From assembly GCA_020632035.1 (NCBI GenBank), contig JACKGG010000002.1:24095-88094 (forward strand): 64,000 bases of DNA. Direction: 5' to 3'. This document shows positions 44,648 to 54,788 of the stretch, piece after piece. The stretch's first letter is position 1. Every line of letters starts with the position of its first letter. Source of the DNA: Candidatus Nomurabacteria bacterium. Lineage in GTDB: Bacteria > Patescibacteriota > Minisyncoccia > Phycocordibacterales > UBA918. Both the position numbers and the translations under genes were made by a program. The notes beneath the pieces are model-generated. The model ran no database searches. It saw only the letters and a list, made by a program, of their open reading frames with translations, and was not told the DNA's origin.

Positions 44648-45817
44648 ATGTCACTCACATCAACGGAATTCCTAAAAGTCGCCAACCATACTGCCGAACA
44701 CTTTGGCTTTCAAACTGTCGAACAACTCCGTAAATCTCCTGAGTGTAAAAAATGTGTTACTTCGATGCCACACACAGTAACCGGCACCAACAAAAAGCTC
44801 GACAGCCACGGCGGTCTACTAAGTGCTGGCATTACTACTTTCTGTGATGAAAAATTATACGCGCTCGAACGCCCGGTCTTACTCTATTCCTTCGAGCAAG
44901 TTCCACGAACTGGTGAGACAGCCGTTACTTTCCATATTTTCAATGTCGAGCGTAGTATCGCAGAAGCCATCCTCATTCACGCCACAAGGGCGCTGGCTAA
45001 CGACCTCGGCTTCTCTAATCACACTGTACGTATTAATTCCCTTGGTGACACCGACTCAATCACCCGCTACAGCCGCGAGTTAACCAATTTCCTCAAGAAG
45101 CGCCTAGACACCATGCCCCCAGCTGCGCGCGAACTAATGAAAGACCACCCTCTTAGCGCCTTGGCGCACCTAGTAGAGCAAAACCACGAACTAGCCTACC
45201 GTAGCCCAAACCCACTGGAGTATTTGAGTGATCCTAGTCGTAAGCATTTCCGAGAAATTATTGAATTCCTCGACATGAGTGAGACTCCGTATGAAATTGA
45301 TCCAAAAATGCTCGGTCACCATGAATGCTACTCCGACGCGATTTTCTCACTAAATATAAATATTGAAGAAGGAGAAGAGCCAGCTCAGATCTCAGCCCGT
45401 GGCGGTCGTTTCGATGAGTTCGTCTACCGACAAACTCGCACCCGTACCCCGGCCGTGGGAGCAGTAGTCACTTTAAACAACAGCAAGGCTCCGGCCCGGG
45501 CCCCACGCACTAAAGTTACCAAGCCTTCTGTTTACGTAGTCCAGCTTGGCTTCGGACCAAAGATAAAGAGTCTGATGCTAATCGACACGCTGAGACAAGC
45601 CGGCATTCAAGTCCACCACAATCTAGCCAGCGACTCACTCTCTACCCAACTAAGAGATGCCGAGGCCCAAGGAGTGAGATACACCCTTATCATCGGTCAG
45701 AAAGAATTCGTAGAAAATACTGTCATCTTCCGCGATATGAATGTCCGCAATCAAGAATACATCGATCAAGACACCCTCATCCGCCGCCTCAAGCGAAAGA
45801 GTTCTCTAGTGGCTTAA
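44648..45817 (+). CDS. Histidyl-tRNA synthetase-like class II aaRS (divergent HisRS/HisZ family)
   Basis: Class II core with HisRS-like motif-3 region (…ARGGRFDEFV…) and C-terminal anticodon-binding-like domain. The N-terminus and motif 2 are atypical. Confidence 0.55.
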   Translation: MSLTSTEFLKVANHTAEHFGFQTVEQLRKSPECKKCVTSMPHTVTGTNKKLDSHGGLLSAGITTFCDEKLYALERPVLLYSFEQVPRTGETAVTFHIFNVERSIAEAILIHATRALANDLGFSNHTVRINSLGDTDSITRYSRELTNFLKKRLDTMPPAARELMKDHPLSALAHLVEQNHELAYRSPNPLEYLSDPSRKHFREIIEFLDMSETPYEIDPKMLGHHECYSDAIFSLNINIEEGEEPAQISARGGRFDEFVYRQTRTRTPAVGAVVTLNNSKAPARAPRTKVTKPSVYVVQLGFGPKIKSLMLIDTLRQAGIQVHHNLASDSLSTQLRDAEAQGVRYTLIIGQKEFVENTVIFRDMNVRNQEYIDQDTLIRRLKRKSSLVA

Positions 45818-45940
45818 AAGCTTACCCTCACACTAAGTTTTCAGTTGTATATTTTTATAAAAATATGCGCACAAGGTGCAACTTAAAATTAGTGTGCGGG
45901 CTTGCGCCACAAGCCCTAAGGTGGTATGCTCTCCCGACAT

Positions 45941-46186
45941 ATGGCAATTAATGTTCAAGTTGAAAAGAATAACAATGAAAGTAGCGCGAACGTAATTCGT
46001 CGTTTTACTAAGCGTATGCAAGGAGCTGGTATCGTACCAAAGGTACGTGCTGGCAGATACTTCACTCGCATCAAGAGTAACAACGTGCAACGAACCGCAA
46101 AACTTAAGAAACTTATAAAGAGCGTAAACTACGAAAAACAAGTCAAGCTTGGTAAAATCCAAGAATTCAAAGGACGAAGACGTTAG
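45941..46186 (+). CDS. rpsU: 30S ribosomal protein S21
   Basis: MAINVQVEKNNNESSANVIRRFTKRMQGAGIVPKVRAGRYFTR… is a basic approximately 80-aa protein with an S21 pattern; the upstream in-frame Met is unlikely. Confidence 0.75.
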   Translation: MAINVQVEKNNNESSANVIRRFTKRMQGAGIVPKVRAGRYFTRIKSNNVQRTAKLKKLIKSVNYEKQVKLGKIQEFKGRRR

Positions 46187-46196
46187 TTACGAAGAT

Positions 46197-46226
46197 AACA
46201 GCCGGTACACAGTACCGGCTGTTTTC
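46197..46226 (+). terminator. Intrinsic terminator after rpsU
   Basis: Stem aacagccggtac / gtaccggctgtt followed by TTCGTTT. Confidence 0.6.
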
Positions 46227-46245
46227 GTTTACCAAGCAATGTATA

Positions 46246-46641
46246 ATGCACGTACTAATGAGTACTTTCAACATAACCACAACGGTAAAAAAATACCCAA
46301 AAAAGCTTCCTTACGAGGAAATTAAGACAAAAATACTTGGTGTTAAGTATGTCCTGTCACTAGTTTTTGTTGGCAAGAAGAAAGCTGCCTCGATAAACAA
46401 GTCTACTAGAAACAAAACCTACTCTCCGAATGTACTCTCCTTCCCCTTAACCGACCAAGCCGGTGAGATCATAATTTGCCCCGACACAGCAGTCAGAGAA
46501 GCGAAAAAGTTTGATTTGACTAAAGATGGCTACATCGCCTTTTTATTCATACATGGACTACTTCATTTGAAAGGTCACGACCATGGCGATACAATGGATA
46601 AACTAGAGCGTAAGTACCTCAAAGCGTTCAATATTAAATAA
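46246..46641 (+). CDS. ybeY: Endoribonuclease YbeY
   Basis: Zinc-binding motif HGLLHLKGHDH near the C-terminus; 131 aa. Confidence 0.85.
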   Translation: MHVLMSTFNITTTVKKYPKKLPYEEIKTKILGVKYVLSLVFVGKKKAASINKSTRNKTYSPNVLSFPLTDQAGEIIICPDTAVREAKKFDLTKDGYIAFLFIHGLLHLKGHDHGDTMDKLERKYLKAFNIK

Positions 46642-46643
46642 TC

Positions 46644-47813
46644 ATGTCTGAGCAAATTATTACCGGTATCGATGTTGGAACTTACCACGTAAAAGTGGCA
46701 GTTGCTCGTATTCCTAAAAATGCCGGTCCCAATGCTAAGCCAGAGATTATCGGCACCGGATTGGCAGAAAGCCGTGGTTTGAAAAGTGGCTATATTATGA
46801 ACGAAGCAGAAGTGGCAAGAAGTATTAAGAGTGCTCTGACTCAAGCCGAGAAAAGTGCCAAACTATCTATCAAAAAGGCTCATGTCGCCATCGGCAGTAT
46901 TGGTCTTGAAGAAGTCTACTCGCACGGAGAAATCATTCCCTCGAGAGCAGATTCAGAAATCATTCCCTCTGACCTAGAAAAAGTAATGACCGACAGTGAA
47001 GAAAGAATAATGGATCATATTCCAAATCGACGGATTTTGCACAGTATACCGCTAAGGCACTTGGTAGACGGCGCCGAGGTACTAGGGCGACCACAGGGCT
47101 TAAAAGGGACCAAGCTCGAGGTAGACAGCCTTTTTATTACCACCTACGAACAACACGTAAACGATCTTATTCGTACTATTGAAAGCCAAGGAGTATTTGT
47201 CGAGGATATTATTGCTTCCCCGCTGGCGGCTAGTTTTGTTATGTTGTCGAAAGCGCAAAAGAGGGCCGGCTGTATACTCACTAACATTGGAGCAGAAACA
47301 ACTTCCATCGTAGTGTTCGAAGACTCTACCCCAATCTCTTTGAAGATTTTCCCGATTGGATCGAATGACATAACCAACGACATTGCGCTTGGTCTACGGA
47401 TCCCTCTTGAGGACGCTGAAAAGGTAAAACGCGGGGCCATGACCAGTGCCACCTACTCAAAGAAACGGCTGGATGAAATAATCCACGAACGACTACGAAT
47501 GATCTTTGGACTGATTGATGGTCATTTGAAGAAAATAAAAAGAGATGGTCTCCTACCAGCAGGCATAATCCTAACCGGAGGTGGAGCCAATGTAACAGGT
47601 ACGGTTGAGGTGGCAAAAGCTGCACTAGAACTGCCGGCCCGCACAGCCACTCTTGATATTGGTAAAAATCTTAAAATCAGAGACGCCTCGTGGGCAGTGG
47701 CTTATGGTCTATGCATGTGGGGTGCGATCGATACTGAAGAAACATCCGCTCTTGGCATAGTGAAACACACTAGACGCAATATACTTTCTTGGTTCAGCCA
47801 ATTCCTCCCCTAG
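46644..47813 (+). CDS. ftsA: Cell division protein FtsA
   Basis: Actin-fold N-terminus (ITGIDVGTYHVKVAVA), …GGGANVTG… phosphate-2 region; followed by ftsZ. Confidence 0.85.
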   Translation: MSEQIITGIDVGTYHVKVAVARIPKNAGPNAKPEIIGTGLAESRGLKSGYIMNEAEVARSIKSALTQAEKSAKLSIKKAHVAIGSIGLEEVYSHGEIIPSRADSEIIPSDLEKVMTDSEERIMDHIPNRRILHSIPLRHLVDGAEVLGRPQGLKGTKLEVDSLFITTYEQHVNDLIRTIESQGVFVEDIIASPLAASFVMLSKAQKRAGCILTNIGAETTSIVVFEDSTPISLKIFPIGSNDITNDIALGLRIPLEDAEKVKRGAMTSATYSKKRLDEIIHERLRMIFGLIDGHLKKIKRDGLLPAGIILTGGGANVTGTVEVAKAALELPARTATLDIGKNLKIRDASWAVAYGLCMWGAIDTEETSALGIVKHTRRNILSWFSQFLP

Positions 47814-47864
47814 AGACTAAATATCATTAACGATATAAATAATACTACTATGATGATTTCTTAC

Positions 47865-48000
47865 AAACGTCTACCTATCATCAATAATATAAAAAATACT
47901 ACTACAGTGATCGGTTATAAACGTCTACCTATCATCAATAATAAGAATCTTACTTCAGTAGTAAATAGACCAAGCTACCTATCCTTGATGATAGATAGTA
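47865..48000. repeat. Direct and inverted repeats in the AT-rich ftsA-ftsZ spacer
   Basis: aaacgtctacctatcatcaataata at 47865-47889 and 47919-47943 (25-bp perfect direct repeat); partial inverted copy ctacctatccttgatgatag near 47972. Confidence 0.8.
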
Positions 48001-48088
48001 AGTTTTTGAATATAAAATTGTTTTTTATAAAGATAAATTTGATCTACAAAACAACAATTTTCTAACTTGTGTCAATGATACATTTCTC

Positions 48089-48114
48089 ATATCTGTCAAT
48101 ATGGTGACAGATAT
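48089..48114. promoter_or_regulatory. 10-bp-arm perfect palindrome upstream of ftsZ (candidate operator)
   Basis: atatctgtca-atatgg-tgacagatat, about 85 bp upstream of the ftsZ start. Confidence 0.45.
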
Positions 48115-48197
48115 TTTTATCGCGTGTATGATGTACGAGTTATAAACAAATTCGTACTCAGGGGTGGGTCGCGAACATAGACACAAATTATATCGGT

Positions 48198-49439
48198 ATG
48201 GAACAAATAAGAACAGATGTTGAATCATTCGCACGGATCCGCGTGGTCGGTGTGGGAGGTTCTGGAAAGAACGCCGTTAACCACATGGTGTCATCCAAAG
48301 TACGTGGAGTTGAATTTATTGCTATAAACAGTGACGCTCAAGATCTGCATCACTCACTAGCCAAGAAAAAAATTCACATTGGTAAAAATCTTACTCGTGG
48401 TCTTGGCGCAGGTGGAAACCCAGAGATGGGACGTCGCGCTGCAGAAGAAACGAGAGAAGAAATAAACAACTCTATCAAGGGTTCTGACATGATCTTCATT
48501 ACTGGCGGTATGGGTGGTGGAACTGGAACAGGTTCAGCACCTGTAGTAGCCAAAATTGCTCGCGAGAGCGGAGCTCTAACAGTAGGTGTAGTTACAAAAC
48601 CGTTTCTATTTGAAGGACAAGAAAGGATGCGTTTGGCGCTAGCCGGGATCGAAGAACTAAAGCAAGAAGTTGATGCTCTTATTATTGTCCCTAACGATCG
48701 TCTACTAGCTATCGTAGATAAAGAGACTACTGTTCAAAGTGCCTTTGAACAATGTGACAATATCCTAAAACAAGCGGTAGAGGGTATCTCAGACCTCATA
48801 ACCATGCCAGGTATTATCAACGTTGACTTTGCTGACATTCGTAGTGTTATGGAAAACGCTGGTTCCGCCTTGATGGGTGTTGGTATATCCTCTGGAGAAA
48901 AGCGAGCCGAAGAAGCAGCCAGACAAGCCATCAATTCCCCTCTTCTTGAGGTTTCAATCACTGGTGCAAAGGGTGTACTTTTCGCTATTGCTGGTGGAGA
49001 GGATCTTGGAATGCTTGAGATTCAAGATGCAGCCAGAGTCATAACAGAATCGATTGATCCACATGCACGAGTAATATTTGGTGCCATTAAGGATGACAAA
49101 CTTAAGAAGAATGAACTTAAAGTTACTGTAATCGCAACTGGTTTTCCAGAAGAGTCAGAAAATGGTGGAAATTATAATATTGCTCGACGTATTCCTTCGA
49201 CACCAGACCCCGTCGTGAATGAGACAGTATCAAATTCTACCAACAAAGGAAAAATCTTTAATTCTTTACAAAAGAAGCCAGACGTATCTAAAGCTCCAGA
49301 ATCTGTCTCTGGCAACAAGGATATAAGCTCGGAAACACCGAAGCGAGATCCTAAACCAGTAGACCCAGCAGACGACACAGAAGATGATGATGACTGGGGA
49401 GCTGTTCCAGCTTTCTTACGACGTTCAAAATTGAAATAA
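48198..49439 (+). CDS. ftsZ: Cell division protein FtsZ
   Basis: Tubulin signature [14 protein letters not shown]7 loop region, acidic C-terminal linker and conserved C-terminal peptide ([11 protein letters not shown]). Confidence 0.95.
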   Translation: MEQIRTDVESFARIRVVGVGGSGKNAVNHMVSSKVRGVEFIAINSDAQDLHHSLAKKKIHIGKNLTRGLGAGGNPEMGRRAAEETREEINNSIKGSDMIFITGGMGGGTGTGSAPVVAKIARESGALTVGVVTKPFLFEGQERMRLALAGIEELKQEVDALIIVPNDRLLAIVDKETTVQSAFEQCDNILKQAVEGISDLITMPGIINVDFADIRSVMENAGSALMGVGISSGEKRAEEAARQAINSPLLEVSITGAKGVLFAIAGGEDLGMLEIQDAARVITESIDPHARVIFGAIKDDKLKKNELKVTVIATGFPEESENGGNYNIARRIPSTPDPVVNETVSNSTNKGKIFNSLQKKPDVSKAPESVSGNKDISSETPKRDPKPVDPADDTEDDDDWGAVPAFLRRSKLK

Positions 49440-49645
49440 AATATAATTCTGTCATAACTGGCTCAATGCTAAATATCAGCTCCTCAGTCAGTATGAATGG
49501 GGTGAGACTGTCGCAAGACCTTGCCAGACAATTTACAAATACTTGAAGTAAAGTGTCGAAAAGGTGTACCGTCTAGTCGAGAAGGTACCGGCATTTCTAC
49601 GTAGAAGTAAACCTAAATAGTTTACTTAGAAGTAAGAACAAACAA

Positions 49646-49672
49646 AAGAACCGCTATGCGGTTTTTTTGTTT
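49646..49672 (+). terminator. Intrinsic terminator after ftsZ
   Basis: Stem aaccgc / gcggtt followed by TTTTTTGTTT. Confidence 0.5.
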
Positions 49673-49761
49673 AACCCTAAATCTCTTGTAGACATGTGAC
49701 TAAAAGATCAATTATGGTATCCTACTGAAACTAATCTTTAAATTCCGTTTGAACAAATGTT

Positions 49762-50685
49762 ATGTACGATCTAATAATCATAGGAGGTGGACCAGCCGGT
49801 ATCTCAGCCGGGGTATATGCTTCCAGGAAACAACTTAAAACTATTTTTATTACAAAGGAATGGGGCGGCCAAAGTGTAGTCTCTACTGATATCCAGAACT
49901 GGATTGGTACCCCATCTATTGCTGGAGACAAACTAGCCAGCGATCTACAATCTCACCTCAAGACCTACGCAGACGGTCATGTTGACATTGTCTCAGGCCA
50001 AACAGTTTCTACACTCACAAAGACAGACAATGGCTACCAGGCAACTTTAAGCGACAGTTCTACCTATGAAGCTAGAGCGGTACTTATTACCTCTGGTTCT
50101 AGCCGCCGCCGACTAGCTGTACCAGGAGCAGACGAGTTCGAACACAAAGGTGTTACCTACTGTGCGAGCTGTGATGGCCCCATTTTTGCCGGACAAGACG
50201 TGGCTGTAGTAGGAGGAGGAAACGCTGGCTTTGAGACCGCAGCCCAGCTCCTCGCTTACGCTAAGAGCGTTACTCTTCTACAGCGTGGTGCCGCTTTTAA
50301 GGCTGACCCGGTAACAGTAGAGAGAGTTTTATCACACGAAAATATGACCGGTATTCTTAATGCTACTACTAAAGAAGTTGTAGCCGATAAGTTCGTCAAC
50401 GGCTTAACCTACACTGACTCTCAAACAAACAAAGATGTCACCTTGCCAGTAACCGGAATATTCGTAGAAATCGGCATGATACCTAATACCGACTTCGCAG
50501 ACGGTATCTTAGAAAGAGATGAATACAATCGTATTAAAATCGACCCTTGGACCCAAAAGACTTCAGCTGAAAATATCTGGGCTGCTGGAGACTGCACTAA
50601 TGTTAAATACCACCAAAATAATATTTCGGCTGGAGATGGGGTCAAAGCCTTAGAAGATATATACGTAAGTCTTAAGACTAAATAG
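49762..50685 (+). CDS. trxB: Thioredoxin reductase
   Basis: FAD motif IIGGGPAGISAGVYA, redox-active CASCDG, NADPH motif VVGGGNAGFETA. Confidence 0.9.
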   Translation: MYDLIIIGGGPAGISAGVYASRKQLKTIFITKEWGGQSVVSTDIQNWIGTPSIAGDKLASDLQSHLKTYADGHVDIVSGQTVSTLTKTDNGYQATLSDSSTYEARAVLITSGSSRRRLAVPGADEFEHKGVTYCASCDGPIFAGQDVAVVGGGNAGFETAAQLLAYAKSVTLLQRGAAFKADPVTVERVLSHENMTGILNATTKEVVADKFVNGLTYTDSQTNKDVTLPVTGIFVEIGMIPNTDFADGILERDEYNRIKIDPWTQKTSAENIWAAGDCTNVKYHQNNISAGDGVKALEDIYVSLKTK

Positions 50686-50732
50686 GGGCTAAAAGATTTG
50701 CAGGAAAAAACTAAGCACTAATTTAATATCAC

Positions 50733-50764
50733 AAAAGCGCCCCCTCCAGGGCGCTTTTGTTTTG
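50733..50764 (+). terminator. Intrinsic terminator after trxB
   Basis: Stem aaaagcgccccct / agggcgctttt followed by GTTTTG. Confidence 0.6.
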
Positions 50765-51124
50765 TACAACGTAGAGCTTCGGCTTGTGCGTATTGCTCGT
50801 AGCCTCGAGCTTAAGTATGTTGATACTTCACCACCGCACAAACCTAGTAACATGTTCACACATAGGAAAAATATGTCAATACAATATGAAAACCTTTGTT
50901 TCAAGGGGCTGCTGTGCATAACTTGTGTATAAGTGTGTATATAACTGGGGTAAAACCCCGTGCAAAACCATGCCTATAACCCTCTTGACCAACCTTATCT
51001 ACATTTCTACTATAGACAAGCTGTTCAGCGAACCGTCAAGTTTCCGTACGAAGTAGCTTCTCCGAATTCACGTTTCATCATGCCAGCCAACGTATGAGCT
51101 TTTATCAGCTCTAACACAATAATT

Positions 51125-51547
51125 ATGATTAGATTTTATTCTCTATTCATAACCGATGATGACCTATTGGCTAGCCCATACGTCCGTCGGTTTAACTTTT
51201 TCCACGATATCACTTTGCATCGTGGAGAAACAGAAACAGTAAACTTTCTTTTGCAAACTCCACTCACATCTGAGCAGAGTAAGCAACTGAATATTATCAG
51301 CGACCCATCTTCGATTAACGTACTGGATGTCGAAACAAAGTCTTTTAGACACCAAAGCTTGGTCACAGTTACTTTGGTAGCTAAAGAAGTCGGTTCGATA
51401 AAAATTGGACTAGCCTTCCCTCAATCAGCTAGCTTACATAGGGAGCGAATGCAGAAATTGCCATCTCCTTTGGTTTCTGTACCATGTAGCAAGATACACA
51501 ATGAAGCAATGCACAGTGTCTCGCCTTCACTTACTACAGTACAATAA
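51125..51547 (+). CDS. Hypothetical protein
   Basis: 140-aa ORF in an otherwise empty 900-bp interval. No motifs recognised. Confidence 0.35.
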   Translation: MIRFYSLFITDDDLLASPYVRRFNFFHDITLHRGETETVNFLLQTPLTSEQSKQLNIISDPSSINVLDVETKSFRHQSLVTVTLVAKEVGSIKIGLAFPQSASLHRERMQKLPSPLVSVPCSKIHNEAMHSVSPSLTTVQ

Positions 51548-51649
51548 CCCGTTACATAATCGCTTCCTAGAAATCATGAATATTACAGAGGGTCAATAAA
51601 GTCCGCTTAACAATTTGTTAAGCGGACTTTAAAATTGAACTTACCATTA

Positions 51650-52405
51650 TTAAAGCGCAAAGAAAGTTCCTACAAAGTAGGCCAGTACAGCGGCTGTTCC
51701 ACCAACTGCCACTACTTCAAACAAAGAAGACTTTAGATTTGCTCCTATCACTCTCCATTTTAGTAAACCTAGTACCACCAAGGCAAATAGCGTACCTAAG
51801 GTTGAGTACAAGAAAGCAGTCGAATGGTCGCCATTTTCTTGCAGCATAAATGGTAGAAGTGGTATAGAACCAAACGCCATAAATGAGAAAAAAGTAGCCA
51901 AGCCAGTAAATATTTCGTTCTCCCCTCTTGGGTCAGATTGTTCTAGTTTGTGGTGCATCATGAAATCTAGCCAGTAGTTCTCATTATTCTTATAGGTATT
52001 CGCCAGAATATTTGCGTCTTCTTGAGTGAAACCTTTGTCTTGCAAAATCCTCATTGTTTCTGCTTTTTCAGTTTCTGGATCAGCTTTTAGTCCAGCTAAT
52101 TCCCTCTCCCTAGTGACCATATACAAATCCTTTTCAGATCGTACCGAAAGGAAGTTGCCAAGACCCATCGAGGCAGCATCGGCAAAAAGATTGGCTAATC
52201 CAAATAATAAAACCACCACGAAAGATATCTGAGTGGTTGTGTCACTCGACAAAGAAGCCCCAGCCCCTCCGGCCACTACAGCAAAGGTAGTAACGATTCC
52301 ATCGATACCACCATATATGACTTCTTTAAAATAATCTGCGAACGCTCCTTTAAACTTGTTTTTTAATCTATCCATAACGTCCAATATAATATCACAAATA
52401 AACAC
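51650..52405 (-). CDS. VIT1/CCC1-family iron/manganese transporter
   Basis: N-terminal …VIYGGIDGIVTTFAVVAGGAGA… and a C-terminal cluster of TM helices, typical of the VIT family. Confidence 0.75.
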   Translation of the reverse strand: MFICDIILDVMDRLKNKFKGAFADYFKEVIYGGIDGIVTTFAVVAGGAGASLSSDTTTQISFVVVLLFGLANLFADAASMGLGNFLSVRSEKDLYMVTRERELAGLKADPETEKAETMRILQDKGFTQEDANILANTYKNNENYWLDFMMHHKLEQSDPRGENEIFTGLATFFSFMAFGSIPLLPFMLQENGDHSTAFLYSTLGTLFALVVLGLLKWRVIGANLKSSLFEVVAVGGTAAVLAYFVGTFFAL

Positions 52406-52503
52406 TTAAATAGCGAATCGGGCTAGCTTTTTTCTAATACTCTGTTATTATGTTGCGCACTTGTTGGGTCACCTCAGCAAGGCCAGTGACTTCACAGTTA
52501 CAT

Positions 52504-52575
52504 GGTCCCATCGTCTAATGGTTAGGACGTCAGGTTTTCATCCTGGAAATCGGGGTTCGATTCCCCGTGGGATCA
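52504..52575 (+). tRNA. tRNA-Glu (anticodon TTC)
   Basis: Acceptor GGTCCCA/TGGGATC; D-arm GTC-TAATGGTTAG-GAC; anticodon loop TTTTCAT; T-arm CGGGG-TTCGATT-CCCCG. Confidence 0.8.
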
Positions 52576-52960
52576 CAAAACGAGACTTCGTCTCGACACA
52601 AGGAGCGCGCCGAAGGCGCGCGAGAAGAAGAAAGTGGAAAAATACCCTGTCGCGTAGCGACGGATTGGGACGGGACGGGTGCGAGAGTACTTAGTAGATT
52701 TTGCACGAAGTGCAAAAATATACTTAGTAACTCGTGACCACAAGTACTTTTGTCTCAAAAATAATTCAGGGCCCATGTTTTCGTTCGTGATCCAAGAGAA
52801 AGACGCTAGTGCGTCTTTTGTGGGAATCGAACCAGCGGAGTCATCCTGCACGGAGCGAAGCGAGTACAGAAGTCGAGGCATGTCCCGCGGCACTTCTTAT
52901 TTTGTGAGGTACGAAACAAAATAAGTTAGTGACCGTCAGGATCATTCCCCGGGGGATCAC
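52576..52960 (+). repeat. tRNA-Glu-linked structured element(s) (family II architecture) ending in a copy of the tRNA-Glu 3' end
   Basis: Several hairpins (cgagacttcgtctcg; gcgcgccgaaggcgcgc; tttgcacgaagtgcaaaa). Anti-T segment gggaatcgaacc at 52822-52833. A/T hairpin cttattttgt-gaggtacgaa-acaaaataag. Then gtgaccgtcaggatcattccccgggggatcac at 52929-52960, which copies the tRNA-Glu T-loop and 3' end (attccccgtgggatcac). Confidence 0.65.
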
Positions 52961-52964
52961 TAAG

Positions 52965-53005
52965 AACAAGAAAAAGAGCTTCTGAAGGAAGCTCTTTTTC
53001 TTGTT
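52965..53005 (+). terminator. Intrinsic terminator after the tRNA-Glu-linked element
   Basis: Perfect stem aacaagaaaaagagcttc / gaagctctttttcttgtt. Confidence 0.6.
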
Positions 53006-53016
53006 ACAATTAATCT

Positions 53017-53529
53017 ATGCGGGCAATTGGGATTTTAAAACTAATTATTGGCGTTTCCTTGGCAATAAACGCAATGGTTCAAATCTTGAATCATGAGACC
53101 TGGTGGTTTATCCAAAACGTAAACCTTATCTTTCATGAGGCGGGTCATGTGCTATTCATGTTCTTTGGTGAGACCCTACACATACTAGGAGGATCTTTGG
53201 TAGAGATACTTATTCCGATCTTAGTCACTATTCATTTTATCCATTCTAAGCAGATTTTTTCTGCTGCCTGTACTTGTTGGTGGTCCTCAACAGCTTTCTT
53301 GAGTGTCAGTATTTATGCCTCAGACGCACAAGAAAGAGTTCTTCCCCTTATTACCAATGATGTATCAACTCATGACTGGTTCAATTTACTCTTAAAATTT
53401 AATTTACTAAAATACGATGATTTAGTTGGGTTTGTATTTTTTTGCAGTAGTCTAGTGTCTGTCAGTTTGTTGATATTACTTATCCTTAGGGACAAAGATG
53501 TAAATAAAAAGCTCCTGTCTTTAGGTTAA
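53017..53529 (+). CDS. Hypothetical integral membrane protein
   Basis: 170 aa, 4-5 hydrophobic helices, His-rich short loops (HEAGHVLFMFFGETLH). Confidence 0.5.
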   Translation: MRAIGILKLIIGVSLAINAMVQILNHETWWFIQNVNLIFHEAGHVLFMFFGETLHILGGSLVEILIPILVTIHFIHSKQIFSAACTCWWSSTAFLSVSIYASDAQERVLPLITNDVSTHDWFNLLLKFNLLKYDDLVGFVFFCSSLVSVSLLILLILRDKDVNKKLLSLG

Positions 53530-53688
53530 ATTTATAAAGATAAATATTCTAGTGTTTTTTCTAAAACATCTAAACGACTCTTAGTTTTCCAGAGTTTTCT
53601 TTATACAACCCTACTATGCTAAGGCTTTATGAAAGACCGACATAAACCCTAACCTATCAACAATTATTTAGTTTGATATTATAGTGAT

Positions 53689-54786
53689 ATGGATAAAAAT
53701 CAGAAAATTAGAGTGGGGATACTATTTGGTGGAAAGTCAGCCGAGCACGAAGTGTCTCTACAATCTGCGAAAAATGTACTGGAAGCAATTGATGAAGAAA
53801 AATACGAAGTTTTTCTTATTGGCATAGACAAGTCCGGCAAATGGCTAATACCGAACAAATCACAATTTCTCTTAAATGAAAGCGACCCAAAGTTAGTCAA
53901 ACTTAACAAGGAAGGTGAAGAAAGTGTTACTCTCATTCCAAATAGCGCTGGTGAAATAACTAACTTATCAAACCCAAACTCACATACTGAATTAGATGTA
54001 GTCTTCCCCATATTACATGGACCTTTTGGAGAAGATGGCACCGTTCAAGGGTTACTTAAACTGTCCGAAATACCTTTTGTGGGGGCGAGTGTACTTGGCT
54101 CTGCCGTTGGTATGGACAAGGATGTAATGAAAAGATTATTAAGAGATGCAAATATACCAATTGGTAAGTTTTTAGTATTCAGAGAGGTAGACAAGATAGA
54201 TTTTGACCATACAGTAGCCGAGCTCGGACTACCTTTCTTCGTAAAGCCAGCCAACTTAGGATCTTCAGTTGGTGTAAATAAGGTAAATGATGAAGAGTCT
54301 TTCAAAACAGCAGTGAGTGAAGCTTTTGAGTATGACACCAAAATATTGGCTGAAGAATTTATTGACGGTAGAGAGCTTGAGTGTGCTGTTCTGGGAAACC
54401 AATACCCCGAGGCTTCCGGCGTTGGAGAAGTTGAACCACTCCAAGAATTCTATTCATACAGCGCAAAATACATCGATGAAGTTGGTGCCAAACTAACCAT
54501 ACCAGCCGATATTGAGGAGGCTAAAAAAGAAGAAATCAGGGAACTAGCGATTAAAACTTTTAAGACGCTTTCCTGTGAAGGATTAGGAAGAGTAGATTTC
54601 TTCATGAAAAAAGACGGTACATTATTAGTTAATGAAATCAACACGATCCCTGGCTTCACTAAGATTAGCATGTACCCTAATCTTTGGGCGGCGTCTGGAG
54701 TTTCTTATTCGGAGTTGATTAGTCGACTAATCGACCTAGCAATAGAAAGATTCGCGAGAGAGAAGAAACTAAAAAACTCTAACTAG
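53689..54786 (+). CDS. ddl: D-alanine--D-alanine ligase
   Basis: N-terminal IRVGILFGGKSAEHEVSLQSA and an ATP-grasp region (…FFVKPANLGSSVGV…, …AEEFIDGRELECAVLG…). Confidence 0.9.
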   Translation: MDKNQKIRVGILFGGKSAEHEVSLQSAKNVLEAIDEEKYEVFLIGIDKSGKWLIPNKSQFLLNESDPKLVKLNKEGEESVTLIPNSAGEITNLSNPNSHTELDVVFPILHGPFGEDGTVQGLLKLSEIPFVGASVLGSAVGMDKDVMKRLLRDANIPIGKFLVFREVDKIDFDHTVAELGLPFFVKPANLGSSVGVNKVNDEESFKTAVSEAFEYDTKILAEEFIDGRELECAVLGNQYPEASGVGEVEPLQEFYSYSAKYIDEVGAKLTIPADIEEAKKEEIRELAIKTFKTLSCEGLGRVDFFMKKDGTLLVNEINTIPGFTKISMYPNLWAASGVSYSELISRLIDLAIERFAREKKLKNSN

Positions 54787-54788
54787 CG

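Noticed and set aside
45833-46162. 109-aa minus-strand ORF
   Set aside because: It is antisense to rpsU and its terminator.
50689-50919. 76-aa minus-strand ORF after trxB
   Set aside because: It overlaps the trxB terminator hairpin; no RBS; hydrophobic low-complexity translation.
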